A stretch of 64,000 nucleotides of DNA from Patescibacteria group bacterium (GTDB taxonomy: Bacteria; Patescibacteriota; Patescibacteriia; XYB2-FULL-38-15), in NCBI GenBank assembly GCA_041737355.1, contig JBGSRW010000008.1, positions 191,061 through 255,060 of the forward strand, given 5' to 3'. Positions within the stretch are counted from its first letter, which is position 1. Every line of letters begins with the position of its first letter. Shown here in pieces: positions 20,318 through 28,425 of the stretch. A program made the translations under genes and the position numbers. The notes under the pieces were generated by a model. It did not search any database, had not been told where the DNA came from, and worked only from the letters and a program-made list of their open reading frames with translations.

Positions 20318-20575
20318 TTATTTCTCACCTTCTATTTCTTCGAGTTCCCATGACGGCTTATCAATTTTTTCCACCATGATTTCGGCGTTTTTTGCCAAAC
20401 TATCTTTTGCCAAAAGATGGATGTTAAATTTTAAATTTTCCGGATCGATTTCCGAACCGTGTTCAATAACGCTTCCCAAACCGATTTTAATTTTTGTCAC
20501 TTCCTTGAGGCCGTTCTGCTTGGCATGCTCCAAAACCATTTTTAAAATTCTGTCGGCTTCGTGTAAATCGTGCAT
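20318..20575 (-). CDS. hypA: Hydrogenase nickel-incorporation protein HypA-like, lacking Zn-finger domain
   Basis: N-terminal MHD (MHE motif), V..IKIGLG...DPENLKF, C-terminal LEEIEGE; no cysteines. Confidence 0.7.
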   Translation of the reverse strand: MHDLHEADRILKMVLEHAKQNGLKEVTKIKIGLGSVIEHGSEIDPENLKFNIHLLAKDSLAKNAEIMVEKIDKPSWELEEIEGEK

Positions 20576-20576
20576 A

Positions 20577-21845
20577 TTAATGTGTCGCGCAGGTCATGCA
20601 AGGATCGTAAGCGCGAACCATCATATTGATTTTCCACTTTCTGTCGCGCTCGTCTTTGACCCTCGCTTCGCTTAAATATTTTTTTAAATCGTTTTCCAAA
20701 TTGTCCAAAAATTGGGCGGTCGGCGTAATGATGTTGCAGGCGCGAATCACCCCGTATTTGTCGATTTTGTAATAATGATAAAGCGTTCCGCGCGGTGCCT
20801 CGGTGGCTGCCAGCCCTTCGCCATTTTTCATTGTATATTTCACGGATAAAATTCTTGATTTTTCCTTAAGATATTCTCCAAGCAGTTTTTTAACTTCCTC
20901 AACGCAGCTAACTAATTCCACCGCCTGGGCGTAAATATTGTGGAAAGTATTATAAGTCAAAACTTTTTCGCCCGCCGATTTTTCAAAAAACGGCAAAAAC
21001 TTTTTTGCTTCGCTGCCGAGATTTTTATGGCTCAAATTAAGCCGGGCAATCGCCCCGAGCATAAAACTTTTTCCCTCGTGGCTGGCGCGTTTTGTCGGGT
21101 CGTCTTCGGATTGTTTTTCTGAAAGTTCTTTATAAAATTCTTCCACTGAAGTTTTCGGCTGAACGCTTGAACCCATTTTCCCGTCGTAAAAAGCGTACTC
21201 GCGCGGCGAAACTAGTCCAGCAAATTCAACCTTGCGTTCGTATTTCGGATAATCAAGGGCGCGGAAAAATTTTGCCACGCTGATTGCCGCCGCCAAAACT
21301 TCATCCGCCTCGTCAATTAACTCCTGCAGCAATTTATCGTCGGGAATTTTCCGGAAACCGCCGATTTCCGTGGCTAGCAAATGCATATCGCGCCCGCCGA
21401 CCACGTCTTTTATTTTATTGCCAAAATCACGGATTAAAATAATCTGTTTGGCGAGATCTGGATATTTTTTAATCAAATCAATATCGCTCTCGTATTTAAA
21501 AAAGTCCGACAAGGACAAAAAGAAAAGATGGGCGGCGTGGCTCTGGATAGGCTCTGCTAAATCTAAAACTTTCCTTAGTCGCTCTGCCTGCGGTGTAATT
21601 TTCACGCCAAAGGCCTGCTCGATCGCCTTGATACTTGTAAGATTATGGGCGACTGAGCAGATTCCGCAGATGCGCGAAGTAACAATCGGCGCTTCGATAA
21701 AATGACGATCGAGAATTATTGACTCGATGAGCCGGGCTCCAATTTTTATTTTAATCTTGGCGCTTGTGATATCGCCCCGGAGCATATCGGCAAAAAAACT
21801 GGCGTGTCCCTCGATTTTCGCAAGATGTGAAATTTTTATTTTCAT
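20577..21845 (-). CDS. hydA: Group 3b-like [NiFe]-hydrogenase large (alpha) subunit
   Basis: KIEGH, L1 RICGICSVAH, EAPRG, IITPT, L2 DPCMTCATH at extreme C-terminus. Confidence 0.93.
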   Translation of the reverse strand: MKIKISHLAKIEGHASFFADMLRGDITSAKIKIKIGARLIESIILDRHFIEAPIVTSRICGICSVAHNLTSIKAIEQAFGVKITPQAERLRKVLDLAEPIQSHAAHLFFLSLSDFFKYESDIDLIKKYPDLAKQIILIRDFGNKIKDVVGGRDMHLLATEIGGFRKIPDDKLLQELIDEADEVLAAAISVAKFFRALDYPKYERKVEFAGLVSPREYAFYDGKMGSSVQPKTSVEEFYKELSEKQSEDDPTKRASHEGKSFMLGAIARLNLSHKNLGSEAKKFLPFFEKSAGEKVLTYNTFHNIYAQAVELVSCVEEVKKLLGEYLKEKSRILSVKYTMKNGEGLAATEAPRGTLYHYYKIDKYGVIRACNIITPTAQFLDNLENDLKKYLSEARVKDERDRKWKINMMVRAYDPCMTCATH

Positions 21846-21849
21846 AATA

Positions 21850-22608
21850 CTATTCCTCAAGTTTCAAAAAATCGTCTTCTGCGCCGTATGTTTCCATCAC
21901 TTCGGCCAGATATTTTTTTCCGACTAATTTTTCCAAATTTTTTATATGCTTCTTAATCTGCGGTCCGGATCCAGGAAGCGGCCCGCGGCAGCCGTAGCAG
22001 AATCTTTTGCTCCTAAGACAAACCGCCTTACATCCGCCAAGCGTAATCGGCCCCAAACATGGTTCACCTTTTTGCAGGAGGCACTCATATCCTAGCGTCT
22101 GGCATTCAAAACAGATTGGGCGGACGGGAATTTTCGGTTTCCGGCCAAAAGCTAAATCAGAAACTATCCGGTAAAATTCGTCCTGGTCAATCGGGCAACC
22201 GGGAACGGCGTAATCAACTTCTACCACCTTCCAGAGCGGCACGACGGCCGGATTTTCAATCCGCTGGTATTTTGGGTAAACATATTTAACTTTTTCTTTT
22301 TTCCCATGTTCGGTATAATTTTTTATTTCCTGAACACCGCCCAAATGGGCACAGGAACCGATCGCTACTAAAATTTTCGATTTCTTCCGCAATTCTTTTA
22401 GATATTTAAAATCTTCATGGGTGAGCGGCGTGCCTTCAACCAACGCCACGTCGTATTTCGGTCTCTCCCGCTTTTCCTCGGCCCAGGCAAAATTTCCCAA
22501 ATCAAAAATCTGAAAAAGATCGAGCATTCTTTTCCCCAAATTCAGGATCTCAACCTGGCATCCCTCGCAGCAAGTCATGCTGGCAATCGCAAGCGTCGGT
22601 TTTTTCAT
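21850..22608 (-). CDS. hydD: Group 3b-like hydrogenase small (delta) Fe-S subunit
   Basis: CEGC, GSCA, PGCP, CFEC, CLG, CYGCRG cysteine motifs. Confidence 0.9.
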   Translation of the reverse strand: MKKPTLAIASMTCCEGCQVEILNLGKRMLDLFQIFDLGNFAWAEEKRERPKYDVALVEGTPLTHEDFKYLKELRKKSKILVAIGSCAHLGGVQEIKNYTEHGKKEKVKYVYPKYQRIENPAVVPLWKVVEVDYAVPGCPIDQDEFYRIVSDLAFGRKPKIPVRPICFECQTLGYECLLQKGEPCLGPITLGGCKAVCLRSKRFCYGCRGPLPGSGPQIKKHIKNLEKLVGKKYLAEVMETYGAEDDFLKLEE

Positions 22609-22611
22609 AAA

Positions 22612-23115
22612 CTATTTTAATAATTCAACTATTTTTTCTCCAAAACTTCGCGCCGCGTCCGGTCCTGAAGCGGTAATAATTTTCCCGTCGGCCTCTACTG
22701 GCGCGCCGGTGTATTCCGCCCCGCCCGCCGCCAGAGTTTCTTCCTCGTCGGGCGTCGAAGTCGCTTTCACCCCCGAGAGAAGGCCGGCTTTGGCCAAAAT
22801 CGCCGGAGCAAGGCAAATTGCCGCGACAATTTTCCCGGCATCAAAAAACTCCCGCGCCAGATCATGAACCCTCTCGTCATCAAGATAAACTTCCGCGCCC
22901 CGTCCGCCAACCAAAACTATCGCCGAAAAATCATCAAGCTCCGCGTCGTCAACCGTCAGATCCGGCATTACTGTTCCGCCGAGCCGCCCTTTTGCCAAAG
23001 TCAATTCCTGGCTCGCGACCTCGACATCAATCCCTTTTTTTATAAAAACATCCCTCGGTTCAAAAAATTCCTCATCACGAAAATCTTTTTGCGCGACAAC
23101 CATTAAAATTTTCAT
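22612..23115 (-). CDS. DJ-1/PfpI family protein
   Basis: FRDEE, VGGRGA, AICLAP, IITASGP. Confidence 0.92.
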   Translation of the reverse strand: MKILMVVAQKDFRDEEFFEPRDVFIKKGIDVEVASQELTLAKGRLGGTVMPDLTVDDAELDDFSAIVLVGGRGAEVYLDDERVHDLAREFFDAGKIVAAICLAPAILAKAGLLSGVKATSTPDEEETLAAGGAEYTGAPVEADGKIITASGPDAARSFGEKIVELLK

Positions 23116-23121
23116 AAAAAT

Positions 23122-23955
23122 CTATTTTATAAAAATTGAAAACAAAAATCCCAGAACCGAGAAAAAAGCCAAGGGCGGCAGGGCCGGCATGGGCGTTTTT
23201 TGCGGCTGGGTCGTGAAAAGGACATGGAGCACCACCAAACCGACAAGCGATCCGGCAATCGTGAAAACCGCGCTCTCCAAACCGTAGGAAATCGCAGAAA
23301 CCGCCAAAATCAAGGGCAAAATCAAATCCCCTGTTCCCAAAAACATAAACTCGTTGCCCGGCGCGACCTTGGACAAATTAACCGCCCAGCCCCGCCACTT
23401 CATTGGAAAAATCAGAGCCATGATTACTCCCCTCACGACCAGCTCTTTGAACATCATGACCATTTGGGCCGTTTTATAAACCGCGATGTAATCGTAAATG
23501 GAAATCAAAAATAAAATAACAAGAATCGCCGAAATAGGCAGAGACAAGCCAAAGGCGGCCCCAATGCCGGCAACCCCTAAAATAACCGCCAGATTATGGA
23601 ACCAGACGCGAGGCAGGACAAACTGGAGAACGACAAAAATTATTGCCAAGCCAACCGAAAATATTGTCGGCAAAAAAATACTGAAAACCGTCTGGGATCC
23701 TAAAAAAATTATCAAAGCGAAAATTCCCCTGAAAAAAGAACCGCCTTTTATAAATCTCAGGGAAATGATCAGAAGAATCGTGGCAATAACAAAAGAAATC
23801 AAGAATTCCCAAAGAGAGGTGGCTATTTTTATTTCTGCGAATGCCTCATAGCTCATCAAGCGCATGGCGGCCCAAAGCCCGATGATCTGAACCAGGCCGA
23901 AAACAACCAATTCCTGAAATAAAAATTTGCCTTTGAAGACGGGCGAAACGGGCAT
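23122..23955 (-). CDS. Presenilin/SPP-like intramembrane aspartyl (GxGD) protease
   Basis: Multi-TM with SIYDY, LGTGDL and PMPALP motifs in canonical order. Confidence 0.85.
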   Translation of the reverse strand: MPVSPVFKGKFLFQELVVFGLVQIIGLWAAMRLMSYEAFAEIKIATSLWEFLISFVIATILLIISLRFIKGGSFFRGIFALIIFLGSQTVFSIFLPTIFSVGLAIIFVVLQFVLPRVWFHNLAVILGVAGIGAAFGLSLPISAILVILFLISIYDYIAVYKTAQMVMMFKELVVRGVIMALIFPMKWRGWAVNLSKVAPGNEFMFLGTGDLILPLILAVSAISYGLESAVFTIAGSLVGLVVLHVLFTTQPQKTPMPALPPLAFFSVLGFLFSIFIK

Positions 23956-24042
23956 GATTTTAATCTTAAATTCTGGTTGATTAAACTTAACTTTATTATA
24001 GCACATTTCGGGAACCTCTTAAAACTGGTATAATTTTATCGT

Positions 24043-24669
24043 ATGCTATTAGAAAACAGGGCTGAAGCAGGCCAAAAATTGGCTGAATTGCTGAAACAAT
24101 TCAAAGACGCCAAAGAAACAATAATCATCGCCTTGCCGCGCGGCGGGGTTGTAGTCGGCTTCGAAGTGGCAAAAGAACTAAATCTCCCGCTGGATATTGT
24201 CGTGCCGCGAAAAATCGGCGCGCCGGGCAATCCCGAATTTGCCATCGGCGCCATAACAGAGTCGGGCGAAATGATTTTGAATGAAGAAGTTTTTGGAATT
24301 TCGGAAAGTTATTTGAAAAGCGAGACGGAAAAGGAAAGGGCCGAGGCGGAACGGAGATTAAGACTCTACCGCGGCAGCCGTCTGCCGCTTGATTTAGAAA
24401 ACAAAACCGTTATCCTGATTGACGACGGCCTGGCCACCGGGCTTACCATGCGGGCGGCTATTTCGAGCGTCAAAAAAATGAAGGCGAAAAAAATTATTGT
24501 CGCCGTGCCAATTGCTCCGCCCGAGACAGTGGAATTGATAAAAAAAGAAACTGATGAAATATTTTATCTTGAGGCTCCCCTGCTCTTCGGCGCCGTCGGG
24601 GCGTTTTACAAAGAATTCGGCCAGACGACTGATGAAGAAGTGATTGATTTGTTGAAAAAATCTGAATAG
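24043..24669 (+). CDS. Type I phosphoribosyltransferase family protein
   Basis: LPRGGV, RKIGAPGNPEFAIGA, ILIDDGLATG PRPP loop. Confidence 0.9.
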   Translation: MLLENRAEAGQKLAELLKQFKDAKETIIIALPRGGVVVGFEVAKELNLPLDIVVPRKIGAPGNPEFAIGAITESGEMILNEEVFGISESYLKSETEKERAEAERRLRLYRGSRLPLDLENKTVILIDDGLATGLTMRAAISSVKKMKAKKIIVAVPIAPPETVELIKKETDEIFYLEAPLLFGAVGAFYKEFGQTTDEEVIDLLKKSE

Positions 24670-24689
24670 TTTGGAAAGTAAAAACTCTC

Positions 24690-24722
24690 TGTCATCCTTC
24701 GCTTCGCTCCTCCAGAATGACA
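24690..24722. repeat. Remnant of a small palindromic (REP-like) element
   Basis: TGTCATCCT-TCGCTTCGCTCCTCC-AGAATGACA with near-perfect terminal inverted repeats. Confidence 0.45.
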
Positions 24723-24724
24723 AA

Positions 24725-24750
24725 AAAACTCCGCCGCTCCGCGGAGTTTT
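24725..24750. terminator. Bidirectional terminator
   Basis: AAAACTCCGC-cgctcc-GCGGAGTTTT. Confidence 0.8.
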
Positions 24751-24878
24751 AAAGTTTATCCCCCAGACTTGTCCTTGCAGGTGTGGAGGTAAAAAAATCC
24801 CGCATGAAACTTGCGTAACACGCGGGAAAGCAGCAGTTTTGTCCAAGAGACCTAGAAGGGCCTAGGTTTCAAGAACCA

Positions 24879-25487
24879 CTACTTGTGGACGGCCAAGAAC
24901 CGGTAATGATCGCTCCATTCGATGCCGACCCAGAGTACGAAAAGGTGCCGCTCGTTGAGGCGCCAGTCGAGACAGGCGAAGAAGCGGCCGCCGTGCCGAT
25001 CCATGAAGTGCGAGCCGAGAGCCACGATCCCGAACTCCTTCTGGAGCTCGGGACGAGCGGCGCCGAGGGCCAAGAGCTCTTCGATCTTGGCCGGACGGAG
25101 GCCGCGACGGGCGAGTTCCGCGAGAATTTCGTCGGTCGAGGCCATCTTGTTCATGTGAACGAGGACGAGCTCGCGGAGGACCTTGCCCTCGCCCGAGATC
25201 GGGAAGAACCCGGGGGTGATGTCATCGTTCACGAAGTCGTAGCGGCCGGAGGCGATCATTGCCTCGAGGCTCTGACCATAGTCGACCTCGACCTTGAAGG
25301 TCGCGTCGGAAGGGAGGGCCGCCTTCACCATGGCGATTTCCGCCTGGCCCTTGACGAGAGGCAGCAACCGCGCGAGCAGGTCTCCTTCGGAGAGCCGCTT
25401 CACGTCGGCGTTGGTCCAGCCGTTCCGGCCGAAAGCCATTGCCAGCTCATGGGCCTGGCCAGTTGTCATCTTGAACTCGTCACTCAT
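24879..25487 (-). CDS. CPR hypothetical protein resembling a DGR target (variable C-terminus), paralog of 42762-43397
   Basis: GLRPAKIEELLALGA...IVALGS...RFLAVHK; 3' end enriched in NNC codons between fixed TGG/CGG codons. Confidence 0.65.
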   Translation of the reverse strand: MSDEFKMTTGQAHELAMAFGRNGWTNADVKRLSEGDLLARLLPLVKGQAEIAMVKAALPSDATFKVEVDYGQSLEAMIASGRYDFVNDDITPGFFPISGEGKVLRELVLVHMNKMASTDEILAELARRGLRPAKIEELLALGAARPELQKEFGIVALGSHFMDRHGGRFFACLDWRLNERHLFVLWVGIEWSDHYRFLAVHK

Positions 25488-25541
25488 GACTTGTTCTCTT
25501 TCTTTCTCGCAACCGATTCAATCCGAACCCCGTTGCTGTCT

Positions 25542-25601
25542 TTGGCCGAGAGAAATTCCCAGCCAACGAATTATTAAATCATTCTTTGGATATTTTGTCA
25601 A
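25542..25601 (-). promoter_or_regulatory. Promoter plus conserved leader hairpin
   Basis: TTGACA-17-TTTAAT with TG; leader hairpin TTGGCTGGGA-ATTTC-TCTCGGCCAA whose 17-nt core recurs at 43522-43538. Confidence 0.6.
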
Positions 25602-25659
25602 CACCTTTTTAAATAAAAAAGAGCTAGCTTCAAAAGCCAGCTCAAGGAAAAGAAAAGAA

Positions 25660-26418
25660 TCAGTTGCGCTTGCCGTTCTCGGCTATCTTCCGGCAGGCGG
25701 TGAGAGTCGCTTCGGTCCAGTGTTCAAGCCGGCGCGCTTCATTGAGCGTGATGACTTCGACTACCCTGCCCCAGTGAAAAGCAACCAAGTCGCCAGCTCT
25801 GATACGCGGAATAATCTGCGGATCGCGCCGGACAAGACGCTTTTTTTCTTTTTCTTCCAGCTCTGCCAGGAATCTGTTACCCTCGTGCTTCAGAGATCTT
25901 GCCGAAACGGTAAGCTCCGGCCCCTTGCCAACCGAGACGACTTTTCCCCAGCCGATGCGACAAAGCTCCCAGCCGACCGATTCGCGATCCACCTGACCAG
26001 AAATTCCGCCGATTGCGAGAACATGAAAACTGTGGTGCGGCCGGTGCTGATAGTGGACGTGGTCCGTGGTTTCTTTCGCTGCCGCCTCGGTCATCCGGCC
26101 CTCGCCGACAAAACCGAATATCAGCTCCCTCAGATCTTCCGGCCGGACACGGCCGAGGAGTTCGTTGCCAATCCAGTAGGCGTCAACCACGCGGTCGTCA
26201 AGCCAGTCTTCGATTCCGTTTGCCGCGGCAATGAGCTTCAGGTAGGCCGTGGCCGCGGTAAACTGCCCCAAGAGCCGCCTTGCATGATTGTCGTCGACCT
26301 TGCTCTTGGTCGTGAGATACTGGTATAGCTTGCCCTTCTCACTGCCCCGCGGCCCGCAAAGGCCGAGTTCGTTCGGGTAAAGCGCGTAACGCGCCGCCCG
26401 CTCGTATTTCTTTCCCAT
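25660..26418 (-). CDS. DUF6390-like hydrogenase-associated protein
   Basis: ARYALYPNELGLCGP, VVDAYWIGNELL, PHHSFHV, CRIGWG, HypC-like tail GDLVAFHWG. Confidence 0.75.
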   Translation of the reverse strand: MGKKYERAARYALYPNELGLCGPRGSEKGKLYQYLTTKSKVDDNHARRLLGQFTAATAYLKLIAAANGIEDWLDDRVVDAYWIGNELLGRVRPEDLRELIFGFVGEGRMTEAAAKETTDHVHYQHRPHHSFHVLAIGGISGQVDRESVGWELCRIGWGKVVSVGKGPELTVSARSLKHEGNRFLAELEEKEKKRLVRRDPQIIPRIRAGDLVAFHWGRVVEVITLNEARRLEHWTEATLTACRKIAENGKRN

Positions 26419-26652
26419 CTATTTTTTCCTCCTCTCCCCCTGATTTTGGAATTCGTCCAGGACGGCAAGGCAATTTTTCGCCTCCTCTTCGGAAATTTTT
26501 TTCATTCCAATGCTGCCTTGCACCAATATCCAATCACCTTTTGCCGCTTCCGGCAAGAGTGAAGTGTCAATATCAAAAACTTTGCCGCCATTTTTAACGG
26601 CGGCTTTATTTTTCTTGATTTTTTCAATTTTACAAGGAATACCGAAGCACAT
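26419..26652 (-). CDS. hypC: Hydrogenase maturation chaperone HypC/HupF
   Basis: N-terminal MCFGIP, GDWILV, KISEEEA. Confidence 0.85.
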   Translation of the reverse strand: MCFGIPCKIEKIKKNKAAVKNGGKVFDIDTSLLPEAAKGDWILVQGSIGMKKISEEEAKNCLAVLDEFQNQGERRKK

Positions 26653-26678
26653 GATGTAAAATTTCTAATTCCTGATAT

Positions 26679-27587
26679 CTAATGGCTTGTTGTTATATCT
26701 ATTTCCATCTTTTTAAATTTTGAAAATAAACCCAGAACCGCGGCTACTCCCAAAAACATCAGCAAGCTTCCGCTAAAAATCTGCCAGTCGAAAATTCCTT
26801 TTTGCGCCATTTCTAATAAACTTGTAATCGGCGCGCCGAGCGACAAGATGCAGACAGCCGACGAAACCGGAATATATTTCAGGCCTGCATACCAGGTCAA
26901 AACATAACCTAAAAGAAAAATTGCCGTTATCCAAATCCAGCTTAATTCCGCTGCACCCATGCTTCCGAGCAGCTTCATCTGCCCGGTCGCCGCCCAAAAA
27001 ATCAAAATAAATAAAAATCCGAAAAACATTCTCCCCCAGGCAACAATTTTCGGTGAAATATTTTCCAGGGCTTTTTTTGAAATGATTTGTTCGGCGGACC
27101 AAAATAGTGTGGCAGCCAAGACCAGTAATTCACCGTAGCCGAATTGAAATCCATCAAAAATTTTTAAAAGCAGGGCGCTGCCGATCAAAATAAAAAACGC
27201 CCCGGTCATCAGCTTTTTGCTTACTTTCTCCTTCAAAAATATCGCCTCCAAAACTATCACGTAAATAAAAAGTGTTTTGTGGATAAAAGATGTACTCGCC
27301 CCGCTTGTTAGGGATAAACCTTTGAAAAAAAACAGAAAAGGAATGCTTCCGCCGAACAGACCAATCAAGATTAAAGTCAACCATTCTTTAACCTTAAATT
27401 TCGCCAACAATTTCCACTCCCTGAATAAAAAAATCAAGCAAAGCAAAACAACTGCCACGAGCAAATTTTTCAAACCGGCAAAAATATACGGACTAATAAC
27501 CTTAACCCCGAATTGATTAATAAAAATAGAAACACCGGAAATAACTGCTGTTCCCAGAACCAATAAATATCCTTTTTTGGTATTCAT
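26679..27587 (-). CDS. DMT/EamA family transporter
   Basis: About 10 TM segments in two repeats; FLKEKV loop. Confidence 0.85.
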   Translation of the reverse strand: MNTKKGYLLVLGTAVISGVSIFINQFGVKVISPYIFAGLKNLLVAVVLLCLIFLFREWKLLAKFKVKEWLTLILIGLFGGSIPFLFFFKGLSLTSGASTSFIHKTLFIYVIVLEAIFLKEKVSKKLMTGAFFILIGSALLLKIFDGFQFGYGELLVLAATLFWSAEQIISKKALENISPKIVAWGRMFFGFLFILIFWAATGQMKLLGSMGAAELSWIWITAIFLLGYVLTWYAGLKYIPVSSAVCILSLGAPITSLLEMAQKGIFDWQIFSGSLLMFLGVAAVLGLFSKFKKMEIDITTSH

Positions 27588-27606
27588 AATCACTTGTTAT
27601 TTTTTT

Positions 27607-28425
27607 TTAAATCGCTCCGCGGATATCTTTTATTTGGTCCCAGGAAAAAACCGGACCGTCCTGGCAGACAAAGAAACTTCCGACCGCGCAATGGTTGCAA
27701 ACCCCGACCCCGCAGTGCATCCGCCGTTCGAGTGACATAAAAATATCTTCGTCTTTGAACCCTGCTTTATTTAATTTTTCCAGAACAAATTTATACATAA
27801 CCGGCGGGCCGCAGAGAAACGCGACTGGGTTTTCGGCAAGCGGCGCCTTGTCAAATAAAACCGTAACCAAACCCTGAATTATTGGACAAGATAATTTAAA
27901 TTTATCCGTCGGCTTATCAAGACACAAATGAAAATCAACATCATTTTTCATCCATGAATCGTATTCTTTCCGGAAAAGCAGGTCGTCTTCGGTTTTTGCC
28001 CCGTAAAAAATCTGGACTTTTTTATATTGTTTCCTGTTTTTTACGATTTCAAAAATCGCCGTCCGGACCGTTTCAAGGCCAAGTCCGCCAACAACGATTA
28101 AGAGATTCCTCTTCTTCGCCAGTTCCGCGGGAAACGGCCGGCCGTACGGCCCGCGGACGCCGACTCTGTCCCCCGCCTTGAGGGAATGCATTGCCGCGGT
28201 TACCGTTCCGACATTTCTCGCGCAAACCTGAAATTTATTTTTTTCTGACGCGTCGGAGCAAAGGCAAAAGGGCGCCTCGCCAAATCCCGGCAAAGATATT
28301 TCCACGAACTGACCCGACTGGTATTTGAAATTTTTTGGCGCTTCAAGGGTAAACAATTTTGAATTTGAACCCTCGTCCTCGATTTTCAAAATCCTTACCG
28401 TTTGCGGCGCGTATTGATTTTTCAT
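27607..28425 (-). CDS. hydG: Group 3b hydrogenase gamma subunit (FAD/NAD(P)-binding, 2Fe-2S)
   Basis: GQF, RGPYG, GGLG, CGPPVM, RMHCGVGVCNHC...CQDGP. Confidence 0.88.
   Translation of the reverse strand: MKNQYAPQTVRILKIEDEGSNSKLFTLEAPKNFKYQSGQFVEISLPGFGEAPFCLCSDASEKNKFQVCARNVGTVTAAMHSLKAGDRVGVRGPYGRPFPAELAKKRNLLIVVGGLGLETVRTAIFEIVKNRKQYKKVQIFYGAKTEDDLLFRKEYDSWMKNDVDFHLCLDKPTDKFKLSCPIIQGLVTVLFDKAPLAENPVAFLCGPPVMYKFVLEKLNKAGFKDEDIFMSLERRMHCGVGVCNHCAVGSFFVCQDGPVFSWDQIKDIRGAI

Noticed and set aside
22612-23115. PfpI protein as hydrogenase maturation protease
   Set aside because: The large subunit has no C-terminal extension to cleave, and PfpI/DJ-1 is unrelated to HycI/HybD; a glyoxalase/stress role beside glycolysis genes is simpler
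24885-26328. Long + strand ORFs 24885-25577 and 25294-26328
   Set aside because: Antisense shadows of GC-rich minus-strand genes that have recognisable motifs and their own expression signals; no RBS or family features
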